A stretch of DNA of 64,000 bases. It comes from Sumerlaeia bacterium. GTDB lineage: Bacteria > Sumerlaeota > Sumerlaeia > SLMS01 > JAHLLQ01. Below are positions 10,732 through 20,174 of this stretch, piece after piece. The translations under genes and the position numbers were made by a program. Numbering within the stretch: the first letter of the stretch is position 1; the number at the start of each line of letters is the position of its first letter. The notes under the pieces are model-generated. The model saw only the letters and a list, made by a program, of their open reading frames with translations. It was not told the origin of the DNA and did no database searches. The stretch lies in NCBI GenBank assembly GCA_040219255.1, contig JAVJSW010000056.1, forward strand, positions 62,999 through 126,998. Direction: 5' to 3'.

Positions 10732-11586
10732 CGGCGCCTGCCAACGCTTCAGTTTCCTCACCTTAGGGTTCGCCCCGGCCAGCCGCCGCTTCATCACCGC
10801 GATGGCTTCCGGGTTGTTGTCGATCAGGATGGCGTCGCGCCCCAGCTCCGCCGCCGCCGCGCCCAGGGTGCCGCTGCCCGCGAAAAAATCCATCACCGTC
10901 TCGCCGGGGTTGCTGTGCACGGCGACGATGCGCCGGATGATGGCGATGGGTTTCTGGGTCGGATAGCCGGTCTTTTCCTTGCCGTTTGTCGGCACCACGG
11001 TTTGCCACCAGACGTCCGTCGGTGTCTTGCCCCGCGCCGCTTTTTCCGGCCCGACGAGGCCCGGCGCCATGTAGGGAATGCGATCGATGGCGTCGTAGTT
11101 GTAGGTGTAGTGGGCCGGGTCCCGCGCGTACCAGAAAATCGTGTCGTGCTTCGCGGGCCAGCGCGTCTTGGGCCGGCCGCCGTAATCATAGGACCAGATG
11201 ATTTCGTTCAGGAAACTGGCGCGGCCGAAAATCTCGTCCAGCAGCACCTTGCAGTAATGGCTCTCGCGCGGGTCGCAGTGAAAAAACAGGCTCCCCGTCG
11301 GCGCCAGAAGCCGGTGCGCTTCCTCGAGCCGGGGCGCCAGAAACGGCAAATAGTCATCGCCAAACTGATCGTCATACCCCTGCAACGACACCAGCTTTTC
11401 CGTGCGGTACCGCCGGCCCAGAAACCCCTGCCGGTCGCCGCCTTCGTCGTCGTGCACGGTTTTCACACGGTATCGCTTCTGGCGTTTGCCGGTGTTGAAC
11501 GGTGGATCGATGTAGATCAGGTTCACCGACCCGGCGGCCATCTCGCGCAGAATGGTCAGGTTGTCGCCTTCGCGAATTTCGATCAT
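10693..11586 (-). CDS. Site-specific DNA methyltransferase (N6-adenine/N4-cytosine, beta class)
   Basis: YIDPPF (motif IV) precedes DFFAGSGT (motif I); YPTQKP; start moved to ATG at 11586. Confidence 0.92.
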   Translation of the reverse strand: MIEIREGDNLTILREMAAGSVNLIYIDPPFNTGKRQKRYRVKTVHDDEGGDRQGFLGRRYRTEKLVSLQGYDDQFGDDYLPFLAPRLEEAHRLLAPTGSLFFHCDPRESHYCKVLLDEIFGRASFLNEIIWSYDYGGRPKTRWPAKHDTIFWYARDPAHYTYNYDAIDRIPYMAPGLVGPEKAARGKTPTDVWWQTVVPTNGKEKTGYPTQKPIAIIRRIVAVHSNPGETVMDFFAGSGTLGAAAAELGRDAILIDNNPEAIAVMKRRLAGANPKVRKLKRWQAPLEEAEGPEDKTE

Positions 11587-11693
11587 GGGTGGGGGATGGC
11601 GGCGGATAGGCGCAAACGGGATAAGGTGAAGCGAATCCTGGCCACCTTGGCCGCGAGCCGTCAATCGGATGGGGAGGGTTCGGCGGCAGGCCT

Positions 11694-11812
11694 TAAAAAG
11701 GGGAACCGGCCCTGGGGGAGGGCCGATTCGGGGGATCGACGGAGTGCGGGGACATCCGCCGTCCCAAGATTTGGTGTGGGGGGAGTCAGCGTCTGTATCT
11801 CTCCGACGCTGT
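11694..11812 (-). ncRNA. Candidate small RNA with three hairpins and an intrinsic terminator
   Basis: Minus-strand TGGACA-N18-TAACGT promoter-like site at 11848-11819, three stem-loops, terminal U-run at 11699-11695. Confidence 0.45.
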
Positions 11813-11888
11813 AAAAAAACGTTAGCGCCTCCTGTTGGGCTTTGTCCAGAGAAAATCTCGCGAAACTCGAAACTTTTTTCCCCTCCCC

Positions 11889-13241
11889 TCAGTGAGCCCC
11901 CGCCATCACTGGCGCTTCATCGTACACGAACTCGCCGTCCGCCATCCAGAATCGCGGCGGCGCAATCGGCGCGCCCTTCTTCACCGCGTCCACGAATTCG
12001 TCCCAGAATTGAATCAGCGCCGACCCGACGGGCCACGCGGCGGCGTCGCCCAGGGCGCAGATGCTCTTGCCCGAGATCATGCCGCTGCCGGGTTTGCCTT
12101 CGCCAGCGATGCTCTTCAGCGTTTCCAGGTCGTCCATCGTGCCCTGGCCCGCGCAAATGCGTTGCAGGATCTTGTGCATCCAGGCGCTGCCTTCCCGGCA
12201 GGGCGTGCACTGGCCACAGCTCTCGTGGCGGTAGAAGTGCGACAGGTTGGCCAGCGCCCACGGCGCCGGAACCGTCTCGTCCATCACCATCACGGCGCTC
12301 GACCCGAGCATCGACCCGGCCGCCGCCACGCCTTCGTGGCTCAGCGGAATGTCGATCTGGTCGGGCTTGAGCCACGGCACCGATGAACCGCCGGGGATCA
12401 CGAACTTCAGCTTCCGGTCGCCCCGGATGCCGCCGCACACGTCATAGATCAGTTGCTTCAGCGTCACCGTCGGCGGCAGCTCGTACACGCCGGGCTTTTT
12501 CACGTGGCCGCTGACGCTGTAGAGGCGCATGCCGGTGGTGCGTTCATGGACCATGCCTTTGAACCACTCGGCGCCGCGCTTGAGGATGATGCCCGTGTCG
12601 ATGATCGTCTCGACATTGTTGATAATCGTCGGCTTGGCATAGAAACCGGTTACGGCGGGGAAGGGCGGCTTCAGCTTCGGATAGCCGCGATAGCCTTCCA
12701 GGCTGGTCAGCAGGGCCGTTTCCTCGCCACAGATATAGGCCCCGGCGCCCCGGTGCACGGTGATGTGGCACCGCACGCCCTTGCCGAAGGCGTTGTCGCC
12801 CAGGTAGCCCTTGTCGTAAGCTTCCTGCACGGCCTTGTTCAGGACTTTCGCCGCCTTGTAGTACTCGCCGCGGATGTATATCCAAGCTTCCTCGCCCTGA
12901 ATCGCGCGAAGGGCGCAGATGATGCCTTCGACCAACAGGTGGGGGCGCTGCTCCATCAGCGGGCGATCCTTACAGGTGCCCGGCTCGGACTCGTCGGCAT
13001 TCACCGCCAGATAGCGCGGGAAGACGCCCTTGGGCAGGAACGACCACTTCATGCCGGTGGGGAAGCCCGCGCCGCCACGGCCGCGCAGGCCCGAGTCCTT
13101 GATGACCCCGATGATCGCGTCCGGCTCCATTTCGAGTGCCTTCTGCGCGGCCTCGTAGTGGCCGTAGGCATCGATCCACTCGGTCTCGTCCTTCTCGATG
13201 TTGGGGAGAAGAACCTTCTCGAAATCAGCGTAGGCGCTCAT
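11889..13241 (-). CDS. nuoF: NADH-quinone oxidoreductase subunit F
   Basis: GLRGRGGAGFPTG, NADESEPGT, GAYICGEET and ESCGQCTPCREG motifs. Confidence 0.97.
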   Translation of the reverse strand: MSAYADFEKVLLPNIEKDETEWIDAYGHYEAAQKALEMEPDAIIGVIKDSGLRGRGGAGFPTGMKWSFLPKGVFPRYLAVNADESEPGTCKDRPLMEQRPHLLVEGIICALRAIQGEEAWIYIRGEYYKAAKVLNKAVQEAYDKGYLGDNAFGKGVRCHITVHRGAGAYICGEETALLTSLEGYRGYPKLKPPFPAVTGFYAKPTIINNVETIIDTGIILKRGAEWFKGMVHERTTGMRLYSVSGHVKKPGVYELPPTVTLKQLIYDVCGGIRGDRKLKFVIPGGSSVPWLKPDQIDIPLSHEGVAAAGSMLGSSAVMVMDETVPAPWALANLSHFYRHESCGQCTPCREGSAWMHKILQRICAGQGTMDDLETLKSIAGEGKPGSGMISGKSICALGDAAAWPVGSALIQFWDEFVDAVKKGAPIAPPRFWMADGEFVYDEAPVMAGAH

Positions 13242-13289
13242 CAGGCAACGACCTCCGGAGGGGTAGCAAAAGATTGGAAAGACAAGGAT

Positions 13290-13769
13290 TTAGTGCCCGT
13301 ACTTGCACGCGCCGATCAGCGCGTCCAGGCTCTTCGGCGTCAGGTTGCCGTGCAGATCTTCGTTCAGCAGCAGCGCCGGCGCCACCGAACACGCGCCGAT
13401 GCACTCGACCAGCTCCAGGCTGAACAGCCCGTCCCCGGTCACTTTGCCCACCTCGATGCCGTGCTTTTCGTGCAGGTAGTGCTGAATTTCAAACGCCCCG
13501 CAAATCGCGCAGGACAGCGTATCGCAAAGCCCGATGTGGTACTTGCCGACGGGTTTCTGCTGGAACATGGTGTAGAAGGACACGACCTCGTACACTTCGG
13601 CGGTGGTGCAGCCCACGACGTTGGCGACTTCCGCCATCGCTTCCTGGCTCACCCAGCCTTCCTTCTCCTGGACCATCCACAGGAGCGGCAGCATGATCGA
13701 GCGGCGCCCCGGATAGCGTTTCGCAAGTGCCTCGATTTCGTCGTGGCGTTCGGCAAGAATGGCGCTCAT
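13290..13769 (-). CDS. nuoE: NADH-quinone oxidoreductase subunit E
   Basis: EVVSFYTMF; CDTLSC and ECIGAC 2Fe-2S ligands; start moved to ATG at 13769. Confidence 0.95.
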   Translation of the reverse strand: MSAILAERHDEIEALAKRYPGRRSIMLPLLWMVQEKEGWVSQEAMAEVANVVGCTTAEVYEVVSFYTMFQQKPVGKYHIGLCDTLSCAICGAFEIQHYLHEKHGIEVGKVTGDGLFSLELVECIGACSVAPALLLNEDLHGNLTPKSLDALIGACKYGH

Positions 13770-13794
13770 CGGTTTTCGCGGCCTCGTCTTCTTC

Positions 13795-14169
13795 CTAGGG
13801 TGTCTGAGGAGCGGGCTCGTTGCGGTCCGCCGCCTCGTCGTCATCGTCGTCGGGGAGGTCGTCCCCGTCCGCATACAAATCGTCGTACTGACCATTGTCG
13901 TACGCCGTCTTCGAGAGGTAGCCGAACAGCAGCGCACCCCCCGCCAGGAACGGCGTCGCGACAAAAAGTAGCGTTCCCCACTCGCGGCGCAAGCCAGGGT
14001 TCACCACAATCGCCACCCAGGCCCCCGCCACCAACGCCAAAAACACCCCCGCCGTCGCCCAATCCCAGGCCAACTTGCGCCAGGCCCGGTCCCCCGAAGC
14101 GCACACAATCCCCTCCAAGACCTTGTGGAGGAAGAGGAGGATGGCGATGGAGAGGACGATATAAGCCAT
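13795..14169 (-). CDS. Small membrane protein (about 3 TM) with acidic tail, inside the nuo cluster
   Basis: 124 aa ORF co-oriented between nuoD and nuoE; hydrophobic segments followed by DGDDLPDDDDDE. Confidence 0.65.
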   Translation of the reverse strand: MAYIVLSIAILLFLHKVLEGIVCASGDRAWRKLAWDWATAGVFLALVAGAWVAIVVNPGLRREWGTLLFVATPFLAGGALLFGYLSKTAYDNGQYDDLYADGDDLPDDDDDEAADRNEPAPQTP

Positions 14170-14284
14170 GTGGCGAAGACTCGGGCGATTCGAAAATCAT
14201 GCACCGTCCTGCGCTCAACGGATCGCGTCTTCTCTTACGACCGATCCCCTTTGCGCTACGGACGCCGCACGCTAAACGACCGCG

Positions 14285-15508
14285 TCAGCGGTCCACCTCC
14301 CCCATGACCGGGTCGAGGCTGGCGATGATGGCGACGATGTCCGCCAGCAGCATGCCCTTCGACATCGGATGGAGGCCCTGCAGGTTCGTGAAACTGGGGC
14401 TGCGGATGCCCAGGCGGTAGGACTTCGAGCCGCCGTCGCTGACGAGATAGAAACCCAACTCGCCCTTCGGCGCTTCGATCGCGTGGTACACTTCGCCGGC
14501 CGGAATCTTCAGGCCTTCGGACGCGAGCAGGAAGTGGTGGATCAGGTCCTCCATGCTCTTCTTCACATTTTCCTTCGGCGGGAAAATCACCTTGTTGTTC
14601 GAGATGTTGACCGGCTCGTCCTGCATTTTCTCCAGGCGGTCGAGGCACTGGCAGGCGATCTTCCAGGCTTCGCGCATTTCCTTCATGCGCACGAAGTAGC
14701 GCGCCAGGCAGTCGCCCTTCGTTTCCACGGCCACTTCCCAATCCAGCTCGTCATAGGCCAGGTAGGGCATGTCGCGGCGGATGTCCCAGTTCACGCCGGA
14801 ACCGCGCAGGCACGGACCTGACAGGCCGAGATCGATGGCGTCCTGGGCGCTGATGATGCCGATGTCGCGCACGCGGCCCAGGAACAGTTCGTTCTCGTTC
14901 AGCATGAACTCGATCTCTTCCTGCACCGCCATGTAGCCGTCCAGGAATTCGCGCACCCGGTCGTGCCACGCGGGGTAATCGCCCCGCATCACACCGCCCA
15001 CGCGCATGTAAGACACGGTGAAGCGCGCGCCGGAAATGTACTCGAAAATATCGTAGAGCTTCTCGCGCTGCTTGAAGGCCCACATGAAAATCGTCATGGC
15101 GCCCAGTTCCAGCGCCCCCGTGCCGAGCCACAGCAGGTGCCCGGAAATGCGGGCCAGTTCGCACAGCAGCGTCCGCAGGTACTTGCAGCGCGGCGTGATC
15201 TCGATCCCCAGCGCCTTCTCGCACGTCATCACGAACGCCGTGTTGTTCGACATCGGCGACAGGTAATCCATACGGTCGGTGTAGGGAATGAACTGGTGGT
15301 ACGTTTTGAACTCGGCGTGCTTTTCCTTCGCGCGGTGCAGGTAGCCGAGGATCGTCTTCGTATCGGTCACCACCTCGCCGTCCAGTTCGAGGATCACGCG
15401 CAGCACGCCGTGCGTCGACGGGTGCTGCGGGCCCATGTTGATGGTCATGGACTCCATGCCGGCGGCACCGACTCCGAAAGTTTGTTCGACAACGCGTTTG
15501 GTGGCCAT
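14285..15508 (-). CDS. nuoD: NADH-quinone oxidoreductase subunit D
   Basis: NMGPQHPSTHGVLR, DRMDY, EAPKGELG and C-terminal GEVDR. Confidence 0.97.
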   Translation of the reverse strand: MATKRVVEQTFGVGAAGMESMTINMGPQHPSTHGVLRVILELDGEVVTDTKTILGYLHRAKEKHAEFKTYHQFIPYTDRMDYLSPMSNNTAFVMTCEKALGIEITPRCKYLRTLLCELARISGHLLWLGTGALELGAMTIFMWAFKQREKLYDIFEYISGARFTVSYMRVGGVMRGDYPAWHDRVREFLDGYMAVQEEIEFMLNENELFLGRVRDIGIISAQDAIDLGLSGPCLRGSGVNWDIRRDMPYLAYDELDWEVAVETKGDCLARYFVRMKEMREAWKIACQCLDRLEKMQDEPVNISNNKVIFPPKENVKKSMEDLIHHFLLASEGLKIPAGEVYHAIEAPKGELGFYLVSDGGSKSYRLGIRSPSFTNLQGLHPMSKGMLLADIVAIIASLDPVMGEVDR

Positions 15509-15563
15509 CAGTCAGTCTTTCTTCGAGAGGAAAGGGGCTTCGGATTCGAGGAGGGGAAGGTCC

Positions 15564-16163
15564 TTAGATGTCGCTCTGCTGAACGCGGATGCGGGGCACC
15601 AAATTCGGCGGTTCGCCCGCGTGCGGGTTCGTCGCGCGCTTGAAGTAGAAGCTCTTCACACCGCCCAGCGGGAAGTCCTTGCGCAGCGGGTGGCCTTCCC
15701 AATCGTCGGGCATCAGGATGCGCCGCAGGTCCGGGTGGCCCTGGAAAATGAGACCGAACATGTCGTAGGTCTCGCGCTCGTGGAAATCCGCCGTCCCCCA
15801 GATCCCGACCACCGAATTGATCGTCGGGTCGTCCTCTGGCACCGGCACGCGGACGCGGATCCGATGGGCTTTCGTCAACGACAGCAGGTGGTACACCACG
15901 TCGAAGCGAACGTCGCGCCCCATCGCCAGGTAATCCACCGCCGTCAGGTACGACAGGAAATTGAACTGGAAACTCGGGTCGTCTCGCAGGAAGGTCAGCG
16001 CTTCCGTGACCACCGAGCGATCCATCACCACGGTGATTTCAGACATCTCCGGGTTCTTGTCGTTGTGAACCAGGATGTCGCTGATGGCGTCGCCGAACTT
16101 CTCACGCAGTTTGTTGGTCAGAAGCTGATGCAGCTTTTCCATTTTTTCCGTGTAGATGGACAT
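15564..16163 (-). CDS. nuoC: NADH-quinone oxidoreductase subunit C
   Basis: ERETYDMFGLIFQGHPDLRRILMPDDWEGHPLRKDFP. Confidence 0.96.
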   Translation of the reverse strand: MSIYTEKMEKLHQLLTNKLREKFGDAISDILVHNDKNPEMSEITVVMDRSVVTEALTFLRDDPSFQFNFLSYLTAVDYLAMGRDVRFDVVYHLLSLTKAHRIRVRVPVPEDDPTINSVVGIWGTADFHERETYDMFGLIFQGHPDLRRILMPDDWEGHPLRKDFPLGGVKSFYFKRATNPHAGEPPNLVPRIRVQQSDI

Positions 16164-16247
16164 GAACGGCTCTTTCCGGTCGATGAGAGAAAACGCGAAA
16201 TCGCCCCGGCGCTCAAAGGCGGCGGGGCGGGTGAGGAGGCGCGCCTG

Positions 16248-16784
16248 TTAGTCGAACAGGTGAACGGGTTCCTGGCGCAGCTTCTTCTGCAACTGCATGA
16301 TGCCATAGATCAGGGCCTCGGGCCGGGGCGGGCAGCCCGGGACGTAGATGTCCACCGGCACGACCTCATCCACGCCCTGCAGAACGCTGTACACGTTGTA
16401 CATACCGCCACAGGACGAGCACGCGCCCATGGCGATGACCCACTTGGGCTCGGTCATCTGATCGTAAATGCGGCGCACCACGGGGGCCATTTTCTTGGTC
16501 ACCGTGCCAGCCACGATCATCAGGTCCGCCTGGCGCGGCGAGGGGCGGAACACCTCGGCGCCGAAGCGGCTCATATCGTAACGCGAGGACGCGGTGCCCA
16601 TCATTTCGATGGCGCAGCAGCTCAGGCCCATCATCACGGGCCAGATCGAGTTGCGGCGGCAGTAGCTCAGCGCCTCGGAAAGTGTCTTCGTCAGGGCGTT
16701 CTCGGGGGCCTGGATCGTCAACGATCCGGTGGCCTCCTGTGTGCCCGGTTTAGCTGTTGTCGGGGGTGCAGCGATTAGTTCCAT
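16248..16784 (-). CDS. nuoB: NADH-quinone oxidoreductase subunit B
   Basis: [22 protein letters not shown] and PGCPPRPE; start moved to ATG at 16784, overlapping the nuoA end. Confidence 0.96.
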   Translation of the reverse strand: MELIAAPPTTAKPGTQEATGSLTIQAPENALTKTLSEALSYCRRNSIWPVMMGLSCCAIEMMGTASSRYDMSRFGAEVFRPSPRQADLMIVAGTVTKKMAPVVRRIYDQMTEPKWVIAMGACSSCGGMYNVYSVLQGVDEVVPVDIYVPGCPPRPEALIYGIMQLQKKLRQEPVHLFD

Positions 16785-17176
16785 GTCAAGGCTCCTTTTT
16801 TCCACTCGTAAAGCAATCCCACGAGGAGGATGATCATGTAAACCGCCATCAGGCCCATGGCGAAGGGCATGAAACCCGGAGCGGCGACGTGGGCGCGCAC
16901 AGAGAGCGCCCAGGCAATCAGATAGACCAACTCCATATCGAACAGCAAGAACAAGAGCGCCACCAGATAGAACCGCACGTTGACTTGGCTGCGGGCGCTG
17001 CCGATGACAGGCACACCGCATTCGTAAGGTTCGGACTTGGCGGCGTTCGGCTTTTTCTTGCCGATCAAATTGGAAGCCGTCAGGCTGACCAGCGCGAAGC
17101 CAACGGCCACCACGGCCATCACGAGGACGGGGAGGTAGGCTTCGGCGATGGTGGATGCGGCCAAAAGTTGCATCAT
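16775..17176 (-). CDS. nuoA: NADH-quinone oxidoreductase subunit A
   Basis: [19 protein letters not shown] and [10 protein letters not shown]. Confidence 0.96.
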   Translation of the reverse strand: MMQLLAASTIAEAYLPVLVMAVVAVGFALVSLTASNLIGKKKPNAAKSEPYECGVPVIGSARSQVNVRFYLVALLFLLFDMELVYLIAWALSVRAHVAAPGFMPFAMGLMAVYMIILLVGLLYEWKKGALTWN

Positions 17177-17395
17177 GGCTCGGTTTCCTGCCTTGAATCC
17201 ATGGGCGAGAGTTTGTGAAATTCATCACAAGCGGCGGCCATGCAAACGGACCGTTGGCCCGGCGGTCAATGTCAAACGTCAGCCCCGAAGCGCCTTCGCG
17301 GACCGGGGAGGCATTTTCTTCGCTCATTGACCCTTGCCGAGGGCGGTTTTCCCGCGCCATCGTTCCGCACTGGTATGCTAAGAAAGAATCGCGCC

Positions 17396-17959
17396 ATGAC
17401 CCCATCACCGCCCGCGGCACCCGACGCCACCCCGCCCGATGTCCCCGCCCGGCCCCTCGTTCCGCGCCCCCCGGCCCGCGGAATGGCTCGTACCCTGTTC
17501 TCGCGCACCGCTGGTTTCATTGGGCTTATCGGCCTCCTCATCGCCATCTTCGTCATGAAGCCGGCCGGTCTCGGCCCCAGCATGTGCACCCTGCAAAAAG
17601 CCACCGGCTATCCATGCCCTGGCTGCGGCCTGACCCGATCCGTCTCCAGCTTCGCCCAAGGCCACCCCCTCTGGTCCTTCAAGTTCCATCCCCTCGGCCC
17701 CCCCATCGCCATTCTCTTCCTCGCCACCGCCGTCATGGCGGTTTTGCCCAACCGCCCCCGCGAGGCTTTTCTCGCCTGGCTCGAAAAGTATGATCGCTAT
17801 CTCTGGTGGATCGTGCTGGCCTTTTTTGTCCTCATGATCGTCTATGGCCTGGTTCGAATCGTCCTGGTCGCCACCGGTCATCCCGATTATGCGTGGTGGC
17901 TCGAGGGCGACGGCACCGAAGCACCCTGGCTCGCGCCTCCGCCCCATCCCCAGCCCTGA
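17396..17959 (+). CDS. DUF2752-like membrane protein
   Basis: C...[13 protein letters not shown]...FHPLG signature with flanking TM helices; start moved to 17396. Confidence 0.85.
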   Translation: MTPSPPAAPDATPPDVPARPLVPRPPARGMARTLFSRTAGFIGLIGLLIAIFVMKPAGLGPSMCTLQKATGYPCPGCGLTRSVSSFAQGHPLWSFKFHPLGPPIAILFLATAVMAVLPNRPREAFLAWLEKYDRYLWWIVLAFFVLMIVYGLVRIVLVATGHPDYAWWLEGDGTEAPWLAPPPHPQP

Positions 17960-17977
17960 GAAGAAAGCCGGCCCGCC

Positions 17978-18352
17978 GTGACCCCACCTGCGTCCAAATC
18001 CTCCGAGTCCGCCCGCGCCGAAGGCCGCAAGCCCGCCTTCGCCCGCCCCAGTTTTTTCTCCCAATCCCACGACGGCCGCCCCGTCGTCTCCGCCGGCCAA
18101 AGCGGCCTCACCAAACGCGAACTCCTCGCCCTCGAGATGCACAAGTCCATGCTCGCCAACCCGAACATCACGCGCTCCGTCAGCACCGGCGAGGACATCA
18201 TCACCCACTTTTCCGAAGAAGAGTTCGCCCGCAACCTCGCCCAACTGGCGATCATGCATGCCGACGTGCTCCTGGAAGAATTGGAGAACACATCCAAAGG
18301 CGATAACCCCATGCGCCCCCACCGCGAAGCGGAGCGTGCGGGGGAAGGGTAG
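17978..18352 (+). CDS. Hypothetical protein resembling a small phage protein family
   Basis: PAF...GLTKRELLALEMHKSMLANP...ADVLLEEL pattern; codon usage like neighbouring genes. Confidence 0.6.
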   Translation: MTPPASKSSESARAEGRKPAFARPSFFSQSHDGRPVVSAGQSGLTKRELLALEMHKSMLANPNITRSVSTGEDIITHFSEEEFARNLAQLAIMHADVLLEELENTSKGDNPMRPHREAERAGEG

Positions 18353-18360
18353 GCTTGAAA

Positions 18361-18490
18361 TGGCCGCAGATAAATGGGGATGAATGGGATCGATTTTCTG
18401 GTGGGATTAAAAGTTTGAGCATACTGTTGATGAGCGACCCAGCGGAGGCGGCGACCGATCATCCCATTTATCCTATCCATCGGCGGCCAA
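18361..18490. repeat. Inverted-repeat element, family A
   Basis: Left arm tggccgcagataaatggggatgaatgggat (18361-18390); right arm reverse complement ttggccgccgatggataggataaatgggat (18461-18490); between convergent genes. Confidence 0.75.
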
Positions 18491-18506
18491 TTGTTTTCAC
18501 CCCCAC

Positions 18507-20099
18507 TTACACCGATCCGTAGCCCCCGTCCTCCTTGTACCGCACCTCATAAATGTCCCGGCGCCGGTCGCGCCAGTTTTGCGTCGTGCCGCGGTAGCGA
18601 TGGCGCCTCAGCAATTCAATGTCGAGATCCTGCATCACCACCGTCTCGATGTTCGGGGTGCATTCGGCGGCGATACCATCGCGGCTGAAGGGAATATCGG
18701 CCGGTGTGAAGATCGCACTTTGCGCATAGTGAATATCCGCGTTGGCGACAAACGGCAGATTTCCCGTACAACCCGACACCGCCACGTACACATGGTTTTC
18801 GATGCAGCGCGCCATGGCGCAATTGCGCACCCGCAGGTACCCGTGGCGCGAGTCCGTGTTGAACGGACAGAAGATGATCTGGGCCCCCTTCTTCACCGCG
18901 ATGCGGGTCATTTCGGGGAACTCGACATCGTAGCAGATCTGAATCGCGATGCGCCCGCAGTCCGTATCGAAGACCTCGACCTTGTCGCCGCCGACCACGC
19001 CCCACCACTTCCATTCCGCCGGGGTCACGTGCATCTTGTACTGCTTGCCGATGGTGCCATCGCGCCGGAACAGGAACGCGATGTTGTAGAGGTACTCGTT
19101 CTCAATCACAAACTGGGACCCGGCGATGATGTTGATGTGGTGCTTGATCGCCATGCTGCTGAAGAGTTCGAGGTATTGGGGGGTGAAAGACGCCAGTCGG
19201 CGAGCCGCCTCGCCTGGATGCTTGGTGTCGCAGAAGGATAGCAACTGGGTGGTGAACAGTTCGGGCAGCAGGATGAAGTCGCACTTGTAATCCGACGCCG
19301 TATCCACCAGGAACCGGCACTGCTTGTCGAATTCGTCGAAGCTCTCGATCGATCGCATTTCGTATTGCGCCACGGCTAGGCGCACCATCTGCACCGGCCG
19401 GATCGCCCGCTTCTTGAACGGGCGGTAGTCCACGTTGGTCCACTCCAGATGCGTGGCCCAGCCTCCGCTGTCCTCGTCCGAGGGCAGATAGTCGGGCAGG
19501 AGCTGCTTGAGTTCGAACCCGTTCGCCAACTGCATCGTCAGCACCGGGTCGTAGATCGTCTTGTCTTCCACATTCTGCACATACTCATGGGCCGACATGC
19601 TATTCTTGTATTTTGTGTAATTGGGAATACGTCCACCAACGACAATGCCCTTCAGGTTCTTGTCCCGGACCAGGTTCTTCCGAGCATCATAGAGCCGCCG
19701 GCCCAGTTTCATGCCGCGAAACTGCGGATGCACCATGATCTCGATGCCATAGAGCATGTCGCCGTTGGGGCTGTGGTTGCGGATGAAGCCGTTGTCGGCG
19801 ATGGTTTTCCAATCGTGCCAGTCGGAATAGAGATCGTAGTCGACGATCAGGCATCCGGCGGAGGCCATGATCTGACCATCGAACTCGACGCAGATTTGAC
19901 CCTCGGGAAAAATCTCGATCTGGCTGAGGAACTGCTCGCGCGTCCACGGAGACATTTCGGGGAAGCAGAGCTGTTGCAACCCGACCAACTGGTCGAAGTC
20001 TTTCTCCTCGAGTTGGCGCAATGTCACCGCGCGTTCGAATTGTTTCAGGTCGATTTCCAAAGGGAAGCCTCTCTCGGGTGAATGTGGGGCGTCACCCAC
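18507..20099 (-). CDS. GNAT acetyltransferase fused to carbon-nitrogen hydrolase (nitrilase family)
   Basis: N-terminal GNAT ([15 protein letters not shown]); C-terminal Glu-Lys-Cys triad motifs [20 protein letters not shown]. Confidence 0.93.
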   Translation of the reverse strand: MGDAPHSPERGFPLEIDLKQFERAVTLRQLEEKDFDQLVGLQQLCFPEMSPWTREQFLSQIEIFPEGQICVEFDGQIMASAGCLIVDYDLYSDWHDWKTIADNGFIRNHSPNGDMLYGIEIMVHPQFRGMKLGRRLYDARKNLVRDKNLKGIVVGGRIPNYTKYKNSMSAHEYVQNVEDKTIYDPVLTMQLANGFELKQLLPDYLPSDEDSGGWATHLEWTNVDYRPFKKRAIRPVQMVRLAVAQYEMRSIESFDEFDKQCRFLVDTASDYKCDFILLPELFTTQLLSFCDTKHPGEAARRLASFTPQYLELFSSMAIKHHINIIAGSQFVIENEYLYNIAFLFRRDGTIGKQYKMHVTPAEWKWWGVVGGDKVEVFDTDCGRIAIQICYDVEFPEMTRIAVKKGAQIIFCPFNTDSRHGYLRVRNCAMARCIENHVYVAVSGCTGNLPFVANADIHYAQSAIFTPADIPFSRDGIAAECTPNIETVVMQDLDIELLRRHRYRGTTQNWRDRRRDIYEVRYKEDGGYGSV

Positions 20100-20174
20100 C
20101 GCGCCCGGCGGGGCGGGAGGGAACGCCTGGAGAAGCTTAGCAAATTCGATTCGCGGTTGGCAAGACCGGGAAAA

